A stretch of 64,000 bases of DNA. Source: Pseudobdellovibrionaceae bacterium (GTDB lineage: Bacteria; Bdellovibrionota; Bdellovibrionia; Bdellovibrionales; Bdellovibrionaceae). Shown one piece after another: positions 22,075-33,049 of the stretch; position 1 is the stretch's first letter; each line of letters starts with the position of its first letter. The position numbers and the translations under genes were made by a program. Location: positions 11,393 to 75,392 of the forward strand of contig JBDHWW010000012.1 in the NCBI GenBank assembly GCA_039810425.1. The letters run 5' to 3'. The notes beneath the pieces were generated by a model. It worked only from the letters and a program-made list of their open reading frames with translations. It was not told the origin of the DNA and made no database searches.

Positions 22075-25000
22075 ATGAATATCTCAGAAATTTCCATCAA
22101 TCGGCCCGTCTTTGCCTGGATGCTTATGTTCGGGATGATCATCTTTGGGGCGATCTCTTTTAGCCGCATGGGGATCAGCCAGATGCCGGATATCAACTTT
22201 CCGGTGGTGAACATCTCGCTTCGTTTAGACAATGCGGCCCCCGAAATGATGGAGACCAATGTCGTTGATGTCATCGAAGATGCCGTTATGGGAATCGAAG
22301 GGCTGACGCGAGTCACCTCGAGTGTCAGCCAAGGGGTTGCCAACATCACTTGTGAGTTCAAGCTTGATCACGATATCGATGTCGCCCAGCAGGAAGTGCA
22401 AAACCGCATCACCCAAGTTCAAAATCTTTTGCCTTCCGCTTTGTATCCTCCGGTGATTACTAAAACGAACCCTGAGGACCAGCCTATCTTGTGGGTGATG
22501 GTGACGGCCGATGACCAGATTCCCCTTTATCAAGAGATGATCTATGCCAGAAACGACCTCAAGGATCAGCTTTCGACTCTTGCTGGCGTCGGCAACATTG
22601 TTCTGCAAGGTTATGTTGATCCGAATCTTCGTGTCTGGCTGGATCCTAAGAAGCTGCGTGCCCAAGATCTGACTGCCAGTGACATCGTCAATGCCATTCA
22701 GAATGAGCAGATCGAGCAACCGGCTGGACGCCTTGAGGCCGCCGCCACTGAAACCAATATCCGTGTCCTCGGTGAAGCGGCCAGTCCCGAAGACTTCGGT
22801 AAGATTCGCATCAACACCCGCTCGGGTGCGCCTAATTATAAACCGCAAATCATTGCCGATGTCGCAAGAATTGAAGAGGGTCTTTCCGATATACGGGCGA
22901 CCTCGCGCTTTGACGGCAAACGCACCGTGGGCCTTGGCATCGTCAAACAGCGTGGCGCCAATGCGGTGGCGGTTCAGAAACTGGTTCGCGACCGCGTGGA
23001 GCTGATGAGGAAAGGACTTCTACCTGGGTATCACCTCGATATCAATCTCGATACGACGACCTTCATCCGAGAGTCGGTCAACGAACTCAATACGACGCTG
23101 CTGCTTTCAGCTTTGCTGACATCAGTGGTTTGTTTTTTCTTTCTCGGCTCTTGGTCCTCGACAATCAATGTTCTTTTGGCGATTCCAACGTCGATTGTCG
23201 GCGCCTTTATCTTTTTGTACTTCTTTGGTTTTACCCTGAATTCGTTTACGCTGCTGGGACTGAGTCTTGCGATCGGCATTGTCGTTGATGACGCCATCAT
23301 GATGCTTGAGAACATCGTCCGTCATTTTGAAATGGGCAAAGACCGGCGCCAGGCCGCTTTAGATGGCTCAAAGGAAATCACCTTTGCCGCGATTGCCACA
23401 ACGATTGCGATCGCGGCGATTTTCATTCCGGTGGTGTTCATGCAAGGTGTTGTCGGCCGGTTTTTCTACCAGTACGGCATCACCGCCACCGTGGCGGTTT
23501 TTTTGTCTTTGCTTGAAGCTTTGACACTAACACCCATGCGCTGCTCGCGCTTTTTGCATTCTTCTAAAATAGAAAAACCCGGTTGGATCACTCATCACAT
23601 GGATCGCTTCATGAGCTGGCTTACGGCCATTTACCGCCACGCTCTTGAGTGGGCTCTGCGCCAGCGCGCGATTGTCGTGGGCGCCACTGTCCTCATCTTT
23701 AGCCTGTCGATGGGATCGCTTTATTTTCTAAAAAAAGAGCTCATTCCCCCGCAAGATCAGGCGTTGTTCTTGTTAAACCTGAAAACTCCGGTCGGCACCT
23801 CTCTTGAAGCCACGGACAAAGTCTTTCGGCAAGCCGAAGAGTATCTGAAAAAACAGTCCGAGGTTTCAGACAACTACGCCACCGTTGGCAACTACGAAAA
23901 CAACAACGTCGTGAACGCCGGAACGATCTATGTCATCCTGAAAGACAAAAAACATCGCGACCTCAGCCAGCGCGAAATGATGGATAAGGTCCGTCAAGAT
24001 CTCGGCCAAATCCTGCCACGGGATACAGAGATCTTTACTCAAGACTTGTCGCTGACGGGATTTAGCGCTTCCCGCGGGTACCCCATCGAGTTTGTGCTGG
24101 TCGGACCTGACTGGAATAAACTGGCATCGCTTTCAAAAGAGTTTGTCGAAAAATTCCGTGCGACCGGACTCATCGAGGACTTAAACTCGGACTTTCAGGA
24201 GGGAATGCCGACTGTTTGGCTGACTCCTGACAGAGATCGCGCCGCCACTCACGGCGTAAGCACTTCTGAGATCGGGCAAGAAATCAGCACGATGATCGGT
24301 GGTTACCTTTTCAGTGCCAACACTGAATATCCTAAGAGCGGTCATCGCTACAATATCCGTGTCCGTGCCGAACCGGACTACACGCAGAACGTGCAGGATT
24401 TTAATTACGTTCTTTTGCGGAATAACCGCGCGAACTCGGAGCTTGTTCCGGTGCCGAACACGGTGGACATCACCCCTGTCGAGGGACCACAGCTGATCTC
24501 GCGGGTGAATCGCTTTAGGGCCGTGCCGTTCTATGGGAATATCAAAGGCGATGAGTCCCAAAAAGACGTGCTTGAAGCCGCCATGAAAATCGCCAAAGAC
24601 ATACTACCGCCGGGCTACCATTTGGATATCACCGGGAACGCAGCCGCTTTTCAAGAGGCCTTCAGCAGTTTGATCTTTGCCCTTATTCTTGGCGTGATTG
24701 TCGCCTATATGGTTCTGGCCTCGCAGTTTAATAGCTTTATTCACCCTGTGACCGTCTTAATGGCGCTGCCTTTTAGTTTGTCGGGGGCCTTGCTCGCACT
24801 TTACATCAGTCATCAATCACTGAGTCTTTTTAGTATGATCGGGTTGGTTCTGCTGATGGGGATTGTAAAGAAGAACTCGATCCTGCTTGTGGACTTTACC
24901 AATCGGCAGCGCCACGAGGGACTTTCACCCCATGATGCTCTTCTGAAAGCCTGCCCGATCCGCCTGCGACCGATTCTCATGACCTCCGTGGCAACGGTCG

Positions 25001-25191
25001 CCGGCGCTTTGCCGGCCGCCCTGAACTTCGGGGCTGGTGCCGAAACCCGCGTGCCCATGGCGATCTCGGTCATTGGCGGCGTTTCCGTGTCGACGCTGCT
25101 GACTTTATTTGTCGTGCCGTGCGTATACAGTTACTTTACCCGCCTGGAGCGTCCCGAGATAACCGAAGCTCCTGAAGGAGGCCACTCGTGA
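22075..25191 (+). CDS. RND efflux permease, copy 2
   Basis: 1038 aa; GIVVDDAIMMLENI, GIVKKNSILLVDF, RLRPILMTS. Confidence 0.95.
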   Translation: MNISEISINRPVFAWMLMFGMIIFGAISFSRMGISQMPDINFPVVNISLRLDNAAPEMMETNVVDVIEDAVMGIEGLTRVTSSVSQGVANITCEFKLDHDIDVAQQEVQNRITQVQNLLPSALYPPVITKTNPEDQPILWVMVTADDQIPLYQEMIYARNDLKDQLSTLAGVGNIVLQGYVDPNLRVWLDPKKLRAQDLTASDIVNAIQNEQIEQPAGRLEAAATETNIRVLGEAASPEDFGKIRINTRSGAPNYKPQIIADVARIEEGLSDIRATSRFDGKRTVGLGIVKQRGANAVAVQKLVRDRVELMRKGLLPGYHLDINLDTTTFIRESVNELNTTLLLSALLTSVVCFFFLGSWSSTINVLLAIPTSIVGAFIFLYFFGFTLNSFTLLGLSLAIGIVVDDAIMMLENIVRHFEMGKDRRQAALDGSKEITFAAIATTIAIAAIFIPVVFMQGVVGRFFYQYGITATVAVFLSLLEALTLTPMRCSRFLHSSKIEKPGWITHHMDRFMSWLTAIYRHALEWALRQRAIVVGATVLIFSLSMGSLYFLKKELIPPQDQALFLLNLKTPVGTSLEATDKVFRQAEEYLKKQSEVSDNYATVGNYENNNVVNAGTIYVILKDKKHRDLSQREMMDKVRQDLGQILPRDTEIFTQDLSLTGFSASRGYPIEFVLVGPDWNKLASLSKEFVEKFRATGLIEDLNSDFQEGMPTVWLTPDRDRAATHGVSTSEIGQEISTMIGGYLFSANTEYPKSGHRYNIRVRAEPDYTQNVQDFNYVLLRNNRANSELVPVPNTVDITPVEGPQLISRVNRFRAVPFYGNIKGDESQKDVLEAAMKIAKDILPPGYHLDITGNAAAFQEAFSSLIFALILGVIVAYMVLASQFNSFIHPVTVLMALPFSLSGALLALYISHQSLSLFSMIGLVLLMGIVKKNSILLVDFTNRQRHEGLSPHDALLKACPIRLRPILMTSVATVAGALPAALNFGAGAETRVPMAISVIGGVSVSTLLTLFVVPCVYSYFTRLERPEITEAPEGGHS

Positions 25192-28100
25192 GCCTCTCAG
25201 AAATTTCCATTCGACGGCCGGTTTTTGCCTGGATGTTGATGGCGGCCATCATTCTCTTCGGCGTTCTCTCATTTAAAAAGCTCGGCATCAGTCAGTTTCC
25301 TGACGTCAACTTTCCGGTGGTCAGTGTTTCGCTCAGTTTAAATGGCGCGGCCCCCGAAGTGATGGAAAGCCAGGTGCTGGATCCGCTGGAAGACTCCATC
25401 ATGCAAATCGACGGCATTCGCAGCGTGACCTCAGCGGCCCAACAGAGCTCCGCTTCGATCGCCGTTGAGTTTGAGCTCAATCAAGATATCGATAAAGCGA
25501 TGCAGGATGTGGAAAATCACATCAATCAGGTTTTGAATCTTTTGCCGAAAGACCTGCAGCCGCCGCTGGTTCGTAAAACCAACCCCGAAGATCAACCAAT
25601 TCTCTGGGTGGCCCTGACCAGCGACGATCCAAAAACCAAGCCGATTGATATGATGATCTATGCGCGGAACTATCTCTATGACCAGTTGGGGGTTTTACCG
25701 GGGGTTGGTGATATTGCTCTCGGCGGCTATGTGGCACCGGCGCTGCGGGTGTGGGTCAATAATAATAAACTTCGTAAATTCAATCTTACTTCAGATGATC
25801 TGATTCAAGCGATTGAAACTGAGCACATCGAAGTCCCCGTGGGCACGATTCAAGATTCGCAGGAAGAATACGGCATTCGCTTTTTGGGCGAAGCAAAGAC
25901 GCCGCAAGAGTTCGGCGAAATCCGTATCCAGAACCGCGCGTCTCAAGGACCAAACTATCGCCCGACACCGCTGAAAGAGGTCGGTGAAATCGAAGAAGGT
26001 CTTGCCGATGTTCGCAAAATTTCGCGCTTCAACGGGCTTCGCGCGATTGGGCTTGGCATTATTAAGCAACATGGAGCCAATGCCGTTGAGGTCGCTGACG
26101 CCGTGAAGGCAAAAGTAGCCGCTCTTCAATCAGAACTCCCGGCCCACTTTCAAGTTTCAGTCCGTTCAGACAATACCCGCTTTATCAAGCAGTCCGTGAA
26201 TGAGCTGATGTTCGCACTTTCCCTGTCCGCGATTCTGACGTCCATCGTCTGCTATCTGTTTTTAGGCTCATGGACTTCGACGATGAATATTCTTATGGCA
26301 ATTCCGACGTCTATTATCGGAGCCTTCACAGCTTTGTACTTTTTTGGTTTTACTCTGAATACATTTACCTTGCTAGGACTCAGCCTGGCGATCGGCATTG
26401 TGGTTGATGATGCAATTATGATGCTTGAGAATATCGTCCGGCACCGCCAAATGGGCCAAGGAAAAATCACAGCCGCCATCAATGGCTCACGCGAAATCAC
26501 CTTTGCTTCGCTGGCTGCGACTCTGGCGATTGCCGCGATTTTTTTGCCCGTGGTCTTTATGAAAGGAATTGTCGGGCGGTATTTTCTTCAGTACGGAATC
26601 ACCGTGACAGTCGCCGTGTTTTTATCACTGCTTGAAGCCCTGACCCTGACGCCGATGCGATGCTCAAGGTATCTGCGAGTCACCGATCACGAAACCGGCC
26701 TTGCGGGCTTTGTCGACAGGATCTTCCAACGGCTCGCTTCACTCTATGAAAAACTCTTACGCGTTCTTCTACACCACCGCTGGAAAACCGTGACGATCGC
26801 GACCTTGGTGTTTTTCGCAAGCATTCTGCTGGCAAAAATACTCCCGTGGGAAATGATGCCGGCCCAAGATCAATCGATGTTCCTCCTGCGCTTTAAACTC
26901 CCGGTAGGAACCGCTTTAGAAGTCACCAACGATAAAATCAAGCAGGTGGAAAGTTATCTTCTGAAATTCCCCGAAATCAACGGCGTGTATAGCGCCGTGG
27001 GCGGCTTCGGTGGCGACGCCGTCAATCAGGCGAATGCTTTTGCCACGATGGTGGATCAAAAAAAAAGACATGTTTCACAACAGCAGATGATCAACAGGGT
27101 TCGCCGTGATCTTAAAAAGCTGTTCCCTGAAATGCAGACGATTGTGCAGGATTTGTCTTTGCGTGGTTTTGCTTCGACTCGTGGTTTTCCCGTGGAGTTT
27201 ATTATTCAAGGACCCGACTGGAACCGGCTGACACAAATCACGAACGACTTGATGGAAAAAATCCGTGATTCCGGCAAAGCCACCGATGTGAACACCGATG
27301 TCCAAGGCGGTATGCCCGAATTGCAGATCACGCCCGACCGGCAAAAGCTCGCTGAACATGGCATCAGTGTGAACACGGTCACAAAAGTTCTGAACGCCCT
27401 TATCGGCGGCCAGGTATTCACCCGCACGGCCGAATACACCAAAGCCAATCATCGTTATGAAGTCGAACTGAGGCTCGTTGCGGATGAACGTACGAAAATG
27501 CCGGACCTCAACCTCATCGAACTTCGCAACAGCTTCGGCCAAACCGTGGCTCTTCCGAAGTTAGTCAAGCAAGATGTCCAACCGAGCCTGATGCTCATTT
27601 CGCGCCTCAACCGGGCTCGAGCTATTACGGTTTACGCAAACCCCACGCAAGGACATTCACAAGAAGAGGTGCTTAAATACATCGAGGACCTTGCCCGCAA
27701 AACTTTACCTCCGGGATATACCATCAAGATGGTGGGAAGCTCGCAAAGTTTTCGTGAATCGTTTGTCAGTCTTGTCTACGCGATGATCCTCGGAATTATC
27801 GTCTCGTACATGGTGCTTGCAAGTCAGTTCAACAGCTTTCTACATCCCTTCACGGTGTTGCTGGCCCTGCCATTTAGTATCTCGGGAGCCTTTTTAGGTC
27901 TTTTAGTTTTTCACCAGTCCATTAACATTTACAGCTTGATCGGCTTTATCCTGCTTATGGGGATTGTGAAGAAGAACTCGATTCTGCTTGTGGATTTTAC
28001 CAATCAAGTCCGCCGTGAAGGAGCTTCGGTGAATGAGGCCCTGTTAAAGGCCTGCCCGATTCGTTTAAGACCCATCCTGATGACATCCATTGCGACCGTC

Positions 28101-28265
28101 GCCGCAGCCGTCCCCGAAGCCTTCGCTGTTGGGCCCGGATCTGAAACCACGATTCCGATGGCCGTGGCCATTATCGGCGGCGTTGTCGTTTCCACGACAC
28201 TAACCCTGTTTGTGGTGCCTTGCTTTTACAGCCTCGCAAGCAGGCTCGAAAGACCACATAAATAA
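25188..28265 (+). CDS. RND efflux permease, copy 3
   Basis: 1025 aa; GTGA overlap with copy 2; same proton-relay motifs. Confidence 0.95.
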   Translation: MSLSEISIRRPVFAWMLMAAIILFGVLSFKKLGISQFPDVNFPVVSVSLSLNGAAPEVMESQVLDPLEDSIMQIDGIRSVTSAAQQSSASIAVEFELNQDIDKAMQDVENHINQVLNLLPKDLQPPLVRKTNPEDQPILWVALTSDDPKTKPIDMMIYARNYLYDQLGVLPGVGDIALGGYVAPALRVWVNNNKLRKFNLTSDDLIQAIETEHIEVPVGTIQDSQEEYGIRFLGEAKTPQEFGEIRIQNRASQGPNYRPTPLKEVGEIEEGLADVRKISRFNGLRAIGLGIIKQHGANAVEVADAVKAKVAALQSELPAHFQVSVRSDNTRFIKQSVNELMFALSLSAILTSIVCYLFLGSWTSTMNILMAIPTSIIGAFTALYFFGFTLNTFTLLGLSLAIGIVVDDAIMMLENIVRHRQMGQGKITAAINGSREITFASLAATLAIAAIFLPVVFMKGIVGRYFLQYGITVTVAVFLSLLEALTLTPMRCSRYLRVTDHETGLAGFVDRIFQRLASLYEKLLRVLLHHRWKTVTIATLVFFASILLAKILPWEMMPAQDQSMFLLRFKLPVGTALEVTNDKIKQVESYLLKFPEINGVYSAVGGFGGDAVNQANAFATMVDQKKRHVSQQQMINRVRRDLKKLFPEMQTIVQDLSLRGFASTRGFPVEFIIQGPDWNRLTQITNDLMEKIRDSGKATDVNTDVQGGMPELQITPDRQKLAEHGISVNTVTKVLNALIGGQVFTRTAEYTKANHRYEVELRLVADERTKMPDLNLIELRNSFGQTVALPKLVKQDVQPSLMLISRLNRARAITVYANPTQGHSQEEVLKYIEDLARKTLPPGYTIKMVGSSQSFRESFVSLVYAMILGIIVSYMVLASQFNSFLHPFTVLLALPFSISGAFLGLLVFHQSINIYSLIGFILLMGIVKKNSILLVDFTNQVRREGASVNEALLKACPIRLRPILMTSIATVAAAVPEAFAVGPGSETTIPMAVAIIGGVVVSTTLTLFVVPCFYSLASRLERPHK

Positions 28266-28313
28266 AAAACAGGATTTACCTCTTGGCTGTGCTTCCCACA
28301 AATTCCGCCGGCT

Positions 28314-31025
28314 CTAGTGCAACTTCTTGTTCATCAATGTCGCACGCGCCGCCGCCAACCGGGCAATCGGCACGCGGAACGGAGAGCAAGAAACGTAGTC
28401 CAAACCGACAGAGTTGAAGAACTCGATAGAATCCGGATCACCACCGTGTTCACCACACACGCCCACCTTTAAATGAGGCTTTGAGCGGCGGCCCAACTCC
28501 GTGGCTGTGCGAACCAACGAACCCACGCCGACCTTATCGATCGTCACGAAGGGATCTTTTGCGAAGATGCCCGCGCTCACGTAAGAGCCCAAGAATCTGC
28601 CGGCATCGTCACGAGACAAGCCGAGCGCTGTTTGCGTCAGGTCATTCGTACCAAAGCTGAAGAAGTCGGCGTAGTCCGCAATAGCATCCGCCGTCACCGC
28701 CGCACGTGGAAGCTCGATCATTGTACCGACGAGGTAATCGAACTTAACACCTTTCTCTTTCATCACTTTTTCGACTTCTACCACGGTCAAACCGCGAAGC
28801 ATTTCGAGTTCTTTGTCTGTTGCAATCAGTGGAATCATGATTTCCGGAACAAGCTTCTTACCAGCCTTCACCATTTCAGCCGCAGCTTCGGCAATCGCGC
28901 GCACCTGCATTTGATAGATTTCCGGGTAAGTGATCGCCAAACGGCAGCCACGATGACCCAACATTGGATTGAACTCGTGCAAAGATTTCACTTTCGCGCG
29001 GAGTTTATCAACGTCATAACCGATACGGCCCGCGAGCTCGATCATTTCTTTATCCGTGTGAGGCACGAACTCGTGCAATGGCGGATCCAGGAGACGGATG
29101 GTCACTGGCAAGCCATCCATGATTTTGAAAAGTTCCTGGAAGTCTGAACGCTGCATCGGCAAAAGTTTCACCAACGCTTTTTCCCGTTCCTGTTTGCTTT
29201 CAGCCAAGATCATTTCACGAACCGAGTCGATGCGGTCCGCGCCGAAGAACATGTGCTCCGTGCGGCAAAGACCGATACCTTCAGCTCCGAAAGCCCGTGC
29301 TGTTTGCGCATCTTTCGGAGTGTCCGCGTTCGTGCGAACTTTCAAGCGACGGGTTTTATCAGCAATCTTCATGATGCGTTCAAAGTCTGCATCCAGCTTT
29401 GGCTCGATTGTTTTTACTTCACCCAAGAACACTTCGCCCGTAGAACCATCCAAAGTGATCACTTCGCCCTTTTTCAGAACATAGCCTTTCACTTTCATGG
29501 TTTCAGAGTTGTAATCCACTTCGACTTCACCGCAACCCGCAACGCAGCACTTACCCATACCGCGAGCCACCACCGCCGCGTGTGATGTCATACCACCGCG
29601 AGTAGTAAAGATCCCTTGAGCGGCCACCATACCGGCGATATCCTCCGGAGAGGTCTCGATACGCACGAGGATGACTTTCTTACCTTGCTCTTTCCACTCG
29701 ACGGCATCTTCCGGCGTAAACACGATTTGACCGTGAACACCGCCCGGGCTTGCCGGAAGACCTTTAGCCAAAATCGTTTTTTGCGCTTTCGGATCGAGTG
29801 TCGGGTGAAGCAACTGATCCAAAGAAGCGGGGTCCAAACGCAAAATGGCGTCTTCTTCGCTGATCAGTTTTTCATCAATCATGTCACAGGCAATTTTCAA
29901 TGCCGCTTTCGCCGTACGTTTGCCATTACGGGTTTGCAACATCCAGAGTTTGTCCTTTTCGATCGTGAACTCAATGTCCTGCATATCACGGTAGTGTGAT
30001 TCGAGTTTTTTGTAGATCGCGACCAGTTGGGCGTAAGCCTCCGGCATCGCCTCTTCGAGAGATTTCGCGCCCGACTTTGCCGCTGCCGCAATCGTGATGG
30101 GCTGCGGAGTGCGGATGCCGGCCACGACGTCTTCACCTTGGGCATTAATCAAAAATTCGCCGTAGAACGCCCTCTCGCCCGTGCTCGGATCGCGAGTGAA
30201 TGCCACACCCGTTGCGGAGTCATCGCCCATGTTGCCGAAAACCATCGACTGGATGTTGACAGCCGTGCCCCAAGCCGCCGGAATATCATGAAGTTCACGG
30301 TAAGTGATCGCCCGCGGAGTATTCCAAGAGTGGAAAACGGCAGAGATCGAACCCCAGAGCTGCTCGTATGGATCCGCCGGGAATGTGCGACCCGTCATTT
30401 GGTGGACGAGGTCTTTGAATTTTTTAACCAGGCGCTTAAGGTCCTCTACTTGAAGTTCGGTGTCGAGTTTATAACCTTTTTCGTCTTTCAGGTCCTCGAG
30501 AGTCACCTCAAGCAATGAAGAGTTCATACCCATCACGACATCAGAGTACATCTGAATGAAACGACGGTAAGAGTCCCACGCAAAACGTGGATTGTTAGAA
30601 GATTTCGCCAGGCCCTCAACCGTTTGATCGTTCAGGCCGAGATTTAAAATTGTATCCATCATGCCCGGCATGGAAGCGCGCGCGCCCGAGCGAACTGAAA
30701 CCAACAATGGATTGGCAACGTCGCCGAATTTTTTGCCGATTTTAACTTCGACTTTTTTCATCGCTTCCAAAACTGCGGGACGAACCCACTCAGGAAGTTT
30801 TCCACCGGCTTCGTAGAAGTGGGCGCAGATTTCAGTTGAAATCGTGAAGCCCGGAGGAACGGGAATTCCCAATGAGGTCATCTCTGCGAGGTTCGCACCC
30901 TTGCCGCCAAGGATGTTCTTCATACCAGCGTTTCCTTCGGAATCGCCAGCCGCAAAAAAATAAACAAACTTTTGTGGAATGGCTGTTTTCATGCCAGAGC
31001 CAGTAGTTGTTGTTTGTGTGTGCAT
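28314..31025 (-). CDS. ppdK: pyruvate, phosphate dikinase
   Basis: LGGKGANLAEM, SVRSGARASMPGMMDT, phospho-His motif GGMTSHAAVVARG, FSFGTNDLTQ. Confidence 0.97.
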   Translation of the reverse strand: MHTQTTTTGSGMKTAIPQKFVYFFAAGDSEGNAGMKNILGGKGANLAEMTSLGIPVPPGFTISTEICAHFYEAGGKLPEWVRPAVLEAMKKVEVKIGKKFGDVANPLLVSVRSGARASMPGMMDTILNLGLNDQTVEGLAKSSNNPRFAWDSYRRFIQMYSDVVMGMNSSLLEVTLEDLKDEKGYKLDTELQVEDLKRLVKKFKDLVHQMTGRTFPADPYEQLWGSISAVFHSWNTPRAITYRELHDIPAAWGTAVNIQSMVFGNMGDDSATGVAFTRDPSTGERAFYGEFLINAQGEDVVAGIRTPQPITIAAAAKSGAKSLEEAMPEAYAQLVAIYKKLESHYRDMQDIEFTIEKDKLWMLQTRNGKRTAKAALKIACDMIDEKLISEEDAILRLDPASLDQLLHPTLDPKAQKTILAKGLPASPGGVHGQIVFTPEDAVEWKEQGKKVILVRIETSPEDIAGMVAAQGIFTTRGGMTSHAAVVARGMGKCCVAGCGEVEVDYNSETMKVKGYVLKKGEVITLDGSTGEVFLGEVKTIEPKLDADFERIMKIADKTRRLKVRTNADTPKDAQTARAFGAEGIGLCRTEHMFFGADRIDSVREMILAESKQEREKALVKLLPMQRSDFQELFKIMDGLPVTIRLLDPPLHEFVPHTDKEMIELAGRIGYDVDKLRAKVKSLHEFNPMLGHRGCRLAITYPEIYQMQVRAIAEAAAEMVKAGKKLVPEIMIPLIATDKELEMLRGLTVVEVEKVMKEKGVKFDYLVGTMIELPRAAVTADAIADYADFFSFGTNDLTQTALGLSRDDAGRFLGSYVSAGIFAKDPFVTIDKVGVGSLVRTATELGRRSKPHLKVGVCGEHGGDPDSIEFFNSVGLDYVSCSPFRVPIARLAAARATLMNKKLH

Positions 31026-31209
31026 TTTTGTCTCCTGTTATGCGCCCCCCACAAGACCATAGGAGATGCTGCGACATCAAGGATTTTCGTGAACACTTCC
31101 GGCAATTTAGCGCCTTGTTCCCTAGAGCATTTGCTAAAATGCCTGCTTGAAGTCAAAAAAACTGCCAGCACAAAATTTCAAGGCAAGAATCTCAAACACA
31201 GAGCTTCTA

Positions 31210-32553
31210 TTAATTCGCGTAGAAGTTCTTAAGTCTCTTCATGATGTATTCGTTGAGACCTTCCATGGGAACGCGCTCTTGCAACATGGTATCGCGATGA
31301 CGAACCGTCACGGCTTTGTCGTTCAAGGTATCAAAGTCGACCGTCACGCAGAACGGCGTCCCGATCTCATCCTGGCGACGATAGCGCTTACCGATAGAGG
31401 CCGCTTCATCGTAGGTCACATCGAAGTCCGCGGCGAGCTGATCACGCAATTGATTTGCCGGCACGGCGAGCTCCTCTTTTTTGGAAAGCGGCAGCACTGC
31501 GACTTTCATTGGTGCGATGTCTGGATGGAAACCCATTACCACACGAACGTCTTCACTGCCCTTTTCGTCAGACGTGATTTCTTCGCGGTATGCATCGCAC
31601 ATGAACGCCAAGATCAAACGGTCGCAACCAACCGCGGTCTCGATGACGTAGGGGATGTATTTTTCCTTGCTCACTTCATCGAAGTACTCCAATGACTTAC
31701 CTGAGAATTTTATGTGTTGTGACAGATCGAAATCGGAGCGATTGTGGATGCCTTCCAACTCACTAAAGCCCATTGGGAACTTGTACTCCACGTCGACCGC
31801 CGCCTTCGCGTAGTGAGCCAGCTTCTCGTGCGGCTTAAAGTTCAAATTTTCTTTTTTAATGCCGTACTTCAAATAAAACGCCATGCGTGTTTCTTTCCAC
31901 TGATCAAAGAAACCTGAGTCCGTGCCTGGCTTCACGAAATATTGCATTTCCATTTGTTCGAACTCGCGCGTACGGAAAATAAAATTTCCCGGCGTGATTT
32001 CGTTACGGAATGACTTGCCAATCGCCGCAATACCAAACGGCACTTTGTAACGAGAGCTCTGTTGGCAGTTCAAGAAATTCACGAAGTGGCCTTGGGCGGT
32101 CTCGGGGCGGAGATAAATCACACTGCCGGAATCTTCCACCGGACCCATGTGCGTTTTAAACATCAAGTTGAAGCTGCGCTCTTCAGACAAGTTCTTGCTG
32201 CCGCAATTCGGGCATTTCTTTTCATTGATGTACGACTCTGTGTTGTCAGCACGGAAACGTGTCTTACACTCTTTGCAGTCGACCAAAGGATCCGAGAAGC
32301 CATCGACGTGCCCCGAGGCTTTCCACACCATGGGGTGCATCAGGATCGCGGCATCAAGACCGACAATGTCGTTTCTGCGGGTCATCGCATTCCACCAAAC
32401 ACGTTTTACATTTTGCTTCAGAATTGAACCCAAAGGTCCATAGTCCCAGCACGAAGCCAAGCCTCCGTAGATCTCACTACTTGGAAATACAAAACCACGA
32501 CGTTTGGATAGTGAAACGAGAGTACTTAAGTCCTCGAGATGTTTGATTTTCAT
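31210..32553 (-). CDS. glyQS: glycine--tRNA ligase, homodimeric (alpha2) type
   Basis: [61 protein letters not shown] 32553. Confidence 0.96.
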   Translation of the reverse strand: MKIKHLEDLSTLVSLSKRRGFVFPSSEIYGGLASCWDYGPLGSILKQNVKRVWWNAMTRRNDIVGLDAAILMHPMVWKASGHVDGFSDPLVDCKECKTRFRADNTESYINEKKCPNCGSKNLSEERSFNLMFKTHMGPVEDSGSVIYLRPETAQGHFVNFLNCQQSSRYKVPFGIAAIGKSFRNEITPGNFIFRTREFEQMEMQYFVKPGTDSGFFDQWKETRMAFYLKYGIKKENLNFKPHEKLAHYAKAAVDVEYKFPMGFSELEGIHNRSDFDLSQHIKFSGKSLEYFDEVSKEKYIPYVIETAVGCDRLILAFMCDAYREEITSDEKGSEDVRVVMGFHPDIAPMKVAVLPLSKKEELAVPANQLRDQLAADFDVTYDEAASIGKRYRRQDEIGTPFCVTVDFDTLNDKAVTVRHRDTMLQERVPMEGLNEYIMKRLKNFYAN

Positions 32554-32680
32554 GAAATCCCCTATGGCGGAAAAAAAGCTCTCTCTTTGGGTAACATTGC
32601 CCCCTAGACCAGTCAAGAAATCAGACTTGTGTGACGGGAGGGGTTCACGGAAAATAGAAGAAGTAATTCCAGGATGGAAA

Positions 32681-33049
32681 ATGAAGAATAACGCAACATA
32701 TTACAAGTCTCTCGTCGTCTTCGGTGCGGCGATTTTCATCATCATGATGATTCTCTCTCCAAAGGGCTACACTGAATCCGCGAGCAAAATCAAAACCAGC
32801 GAAGACAAAATCCGCCAAGACATGATCGTGATCTCTCGGCAACTGGGGGTGACTTGTTCAGAGTGCCACAACATTCAGAATTTCACGTCGAACGAAAAGA
32901 AAAGTTTTAAGGTCGCTAAAGATCATATGCGCATCGTAGAAACCCTGCGCAGCAACGGCTTTGATGGCAAAAAAGGTCCCGAAGCCAGCTGCTACATGTG
33001 TCACCAGGGTGATCTTCGCCCGGACTATAAAGAAACTGCCGAGAAATAA
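32681..33049 (+). CDS. di-heme c-type cytochrome, reaction-centre cytochrome (PufC)-like family
   Basis: signal peptide; [14 protein letters not shown] and CYMCHQG heme motifs. Confidence 0.75.
   Translation: MKNNATYYKSLVVFGAAIFIIMMILSPKGYTESASKIKTSEDKIRQDMIVISRQLGVTCSECHNIQNFTSNEKKSFKVAKDHMRIVETLRSNGFDGKKGPEASCYMCHQGDLRPDYKETAEK

Noticed and set aside
32504..32680. N-terminal extension of the cytochrome ORF
   Set aside because: Overlaps the glyQS start and promoter; the signal peptide begins at ATG 32681
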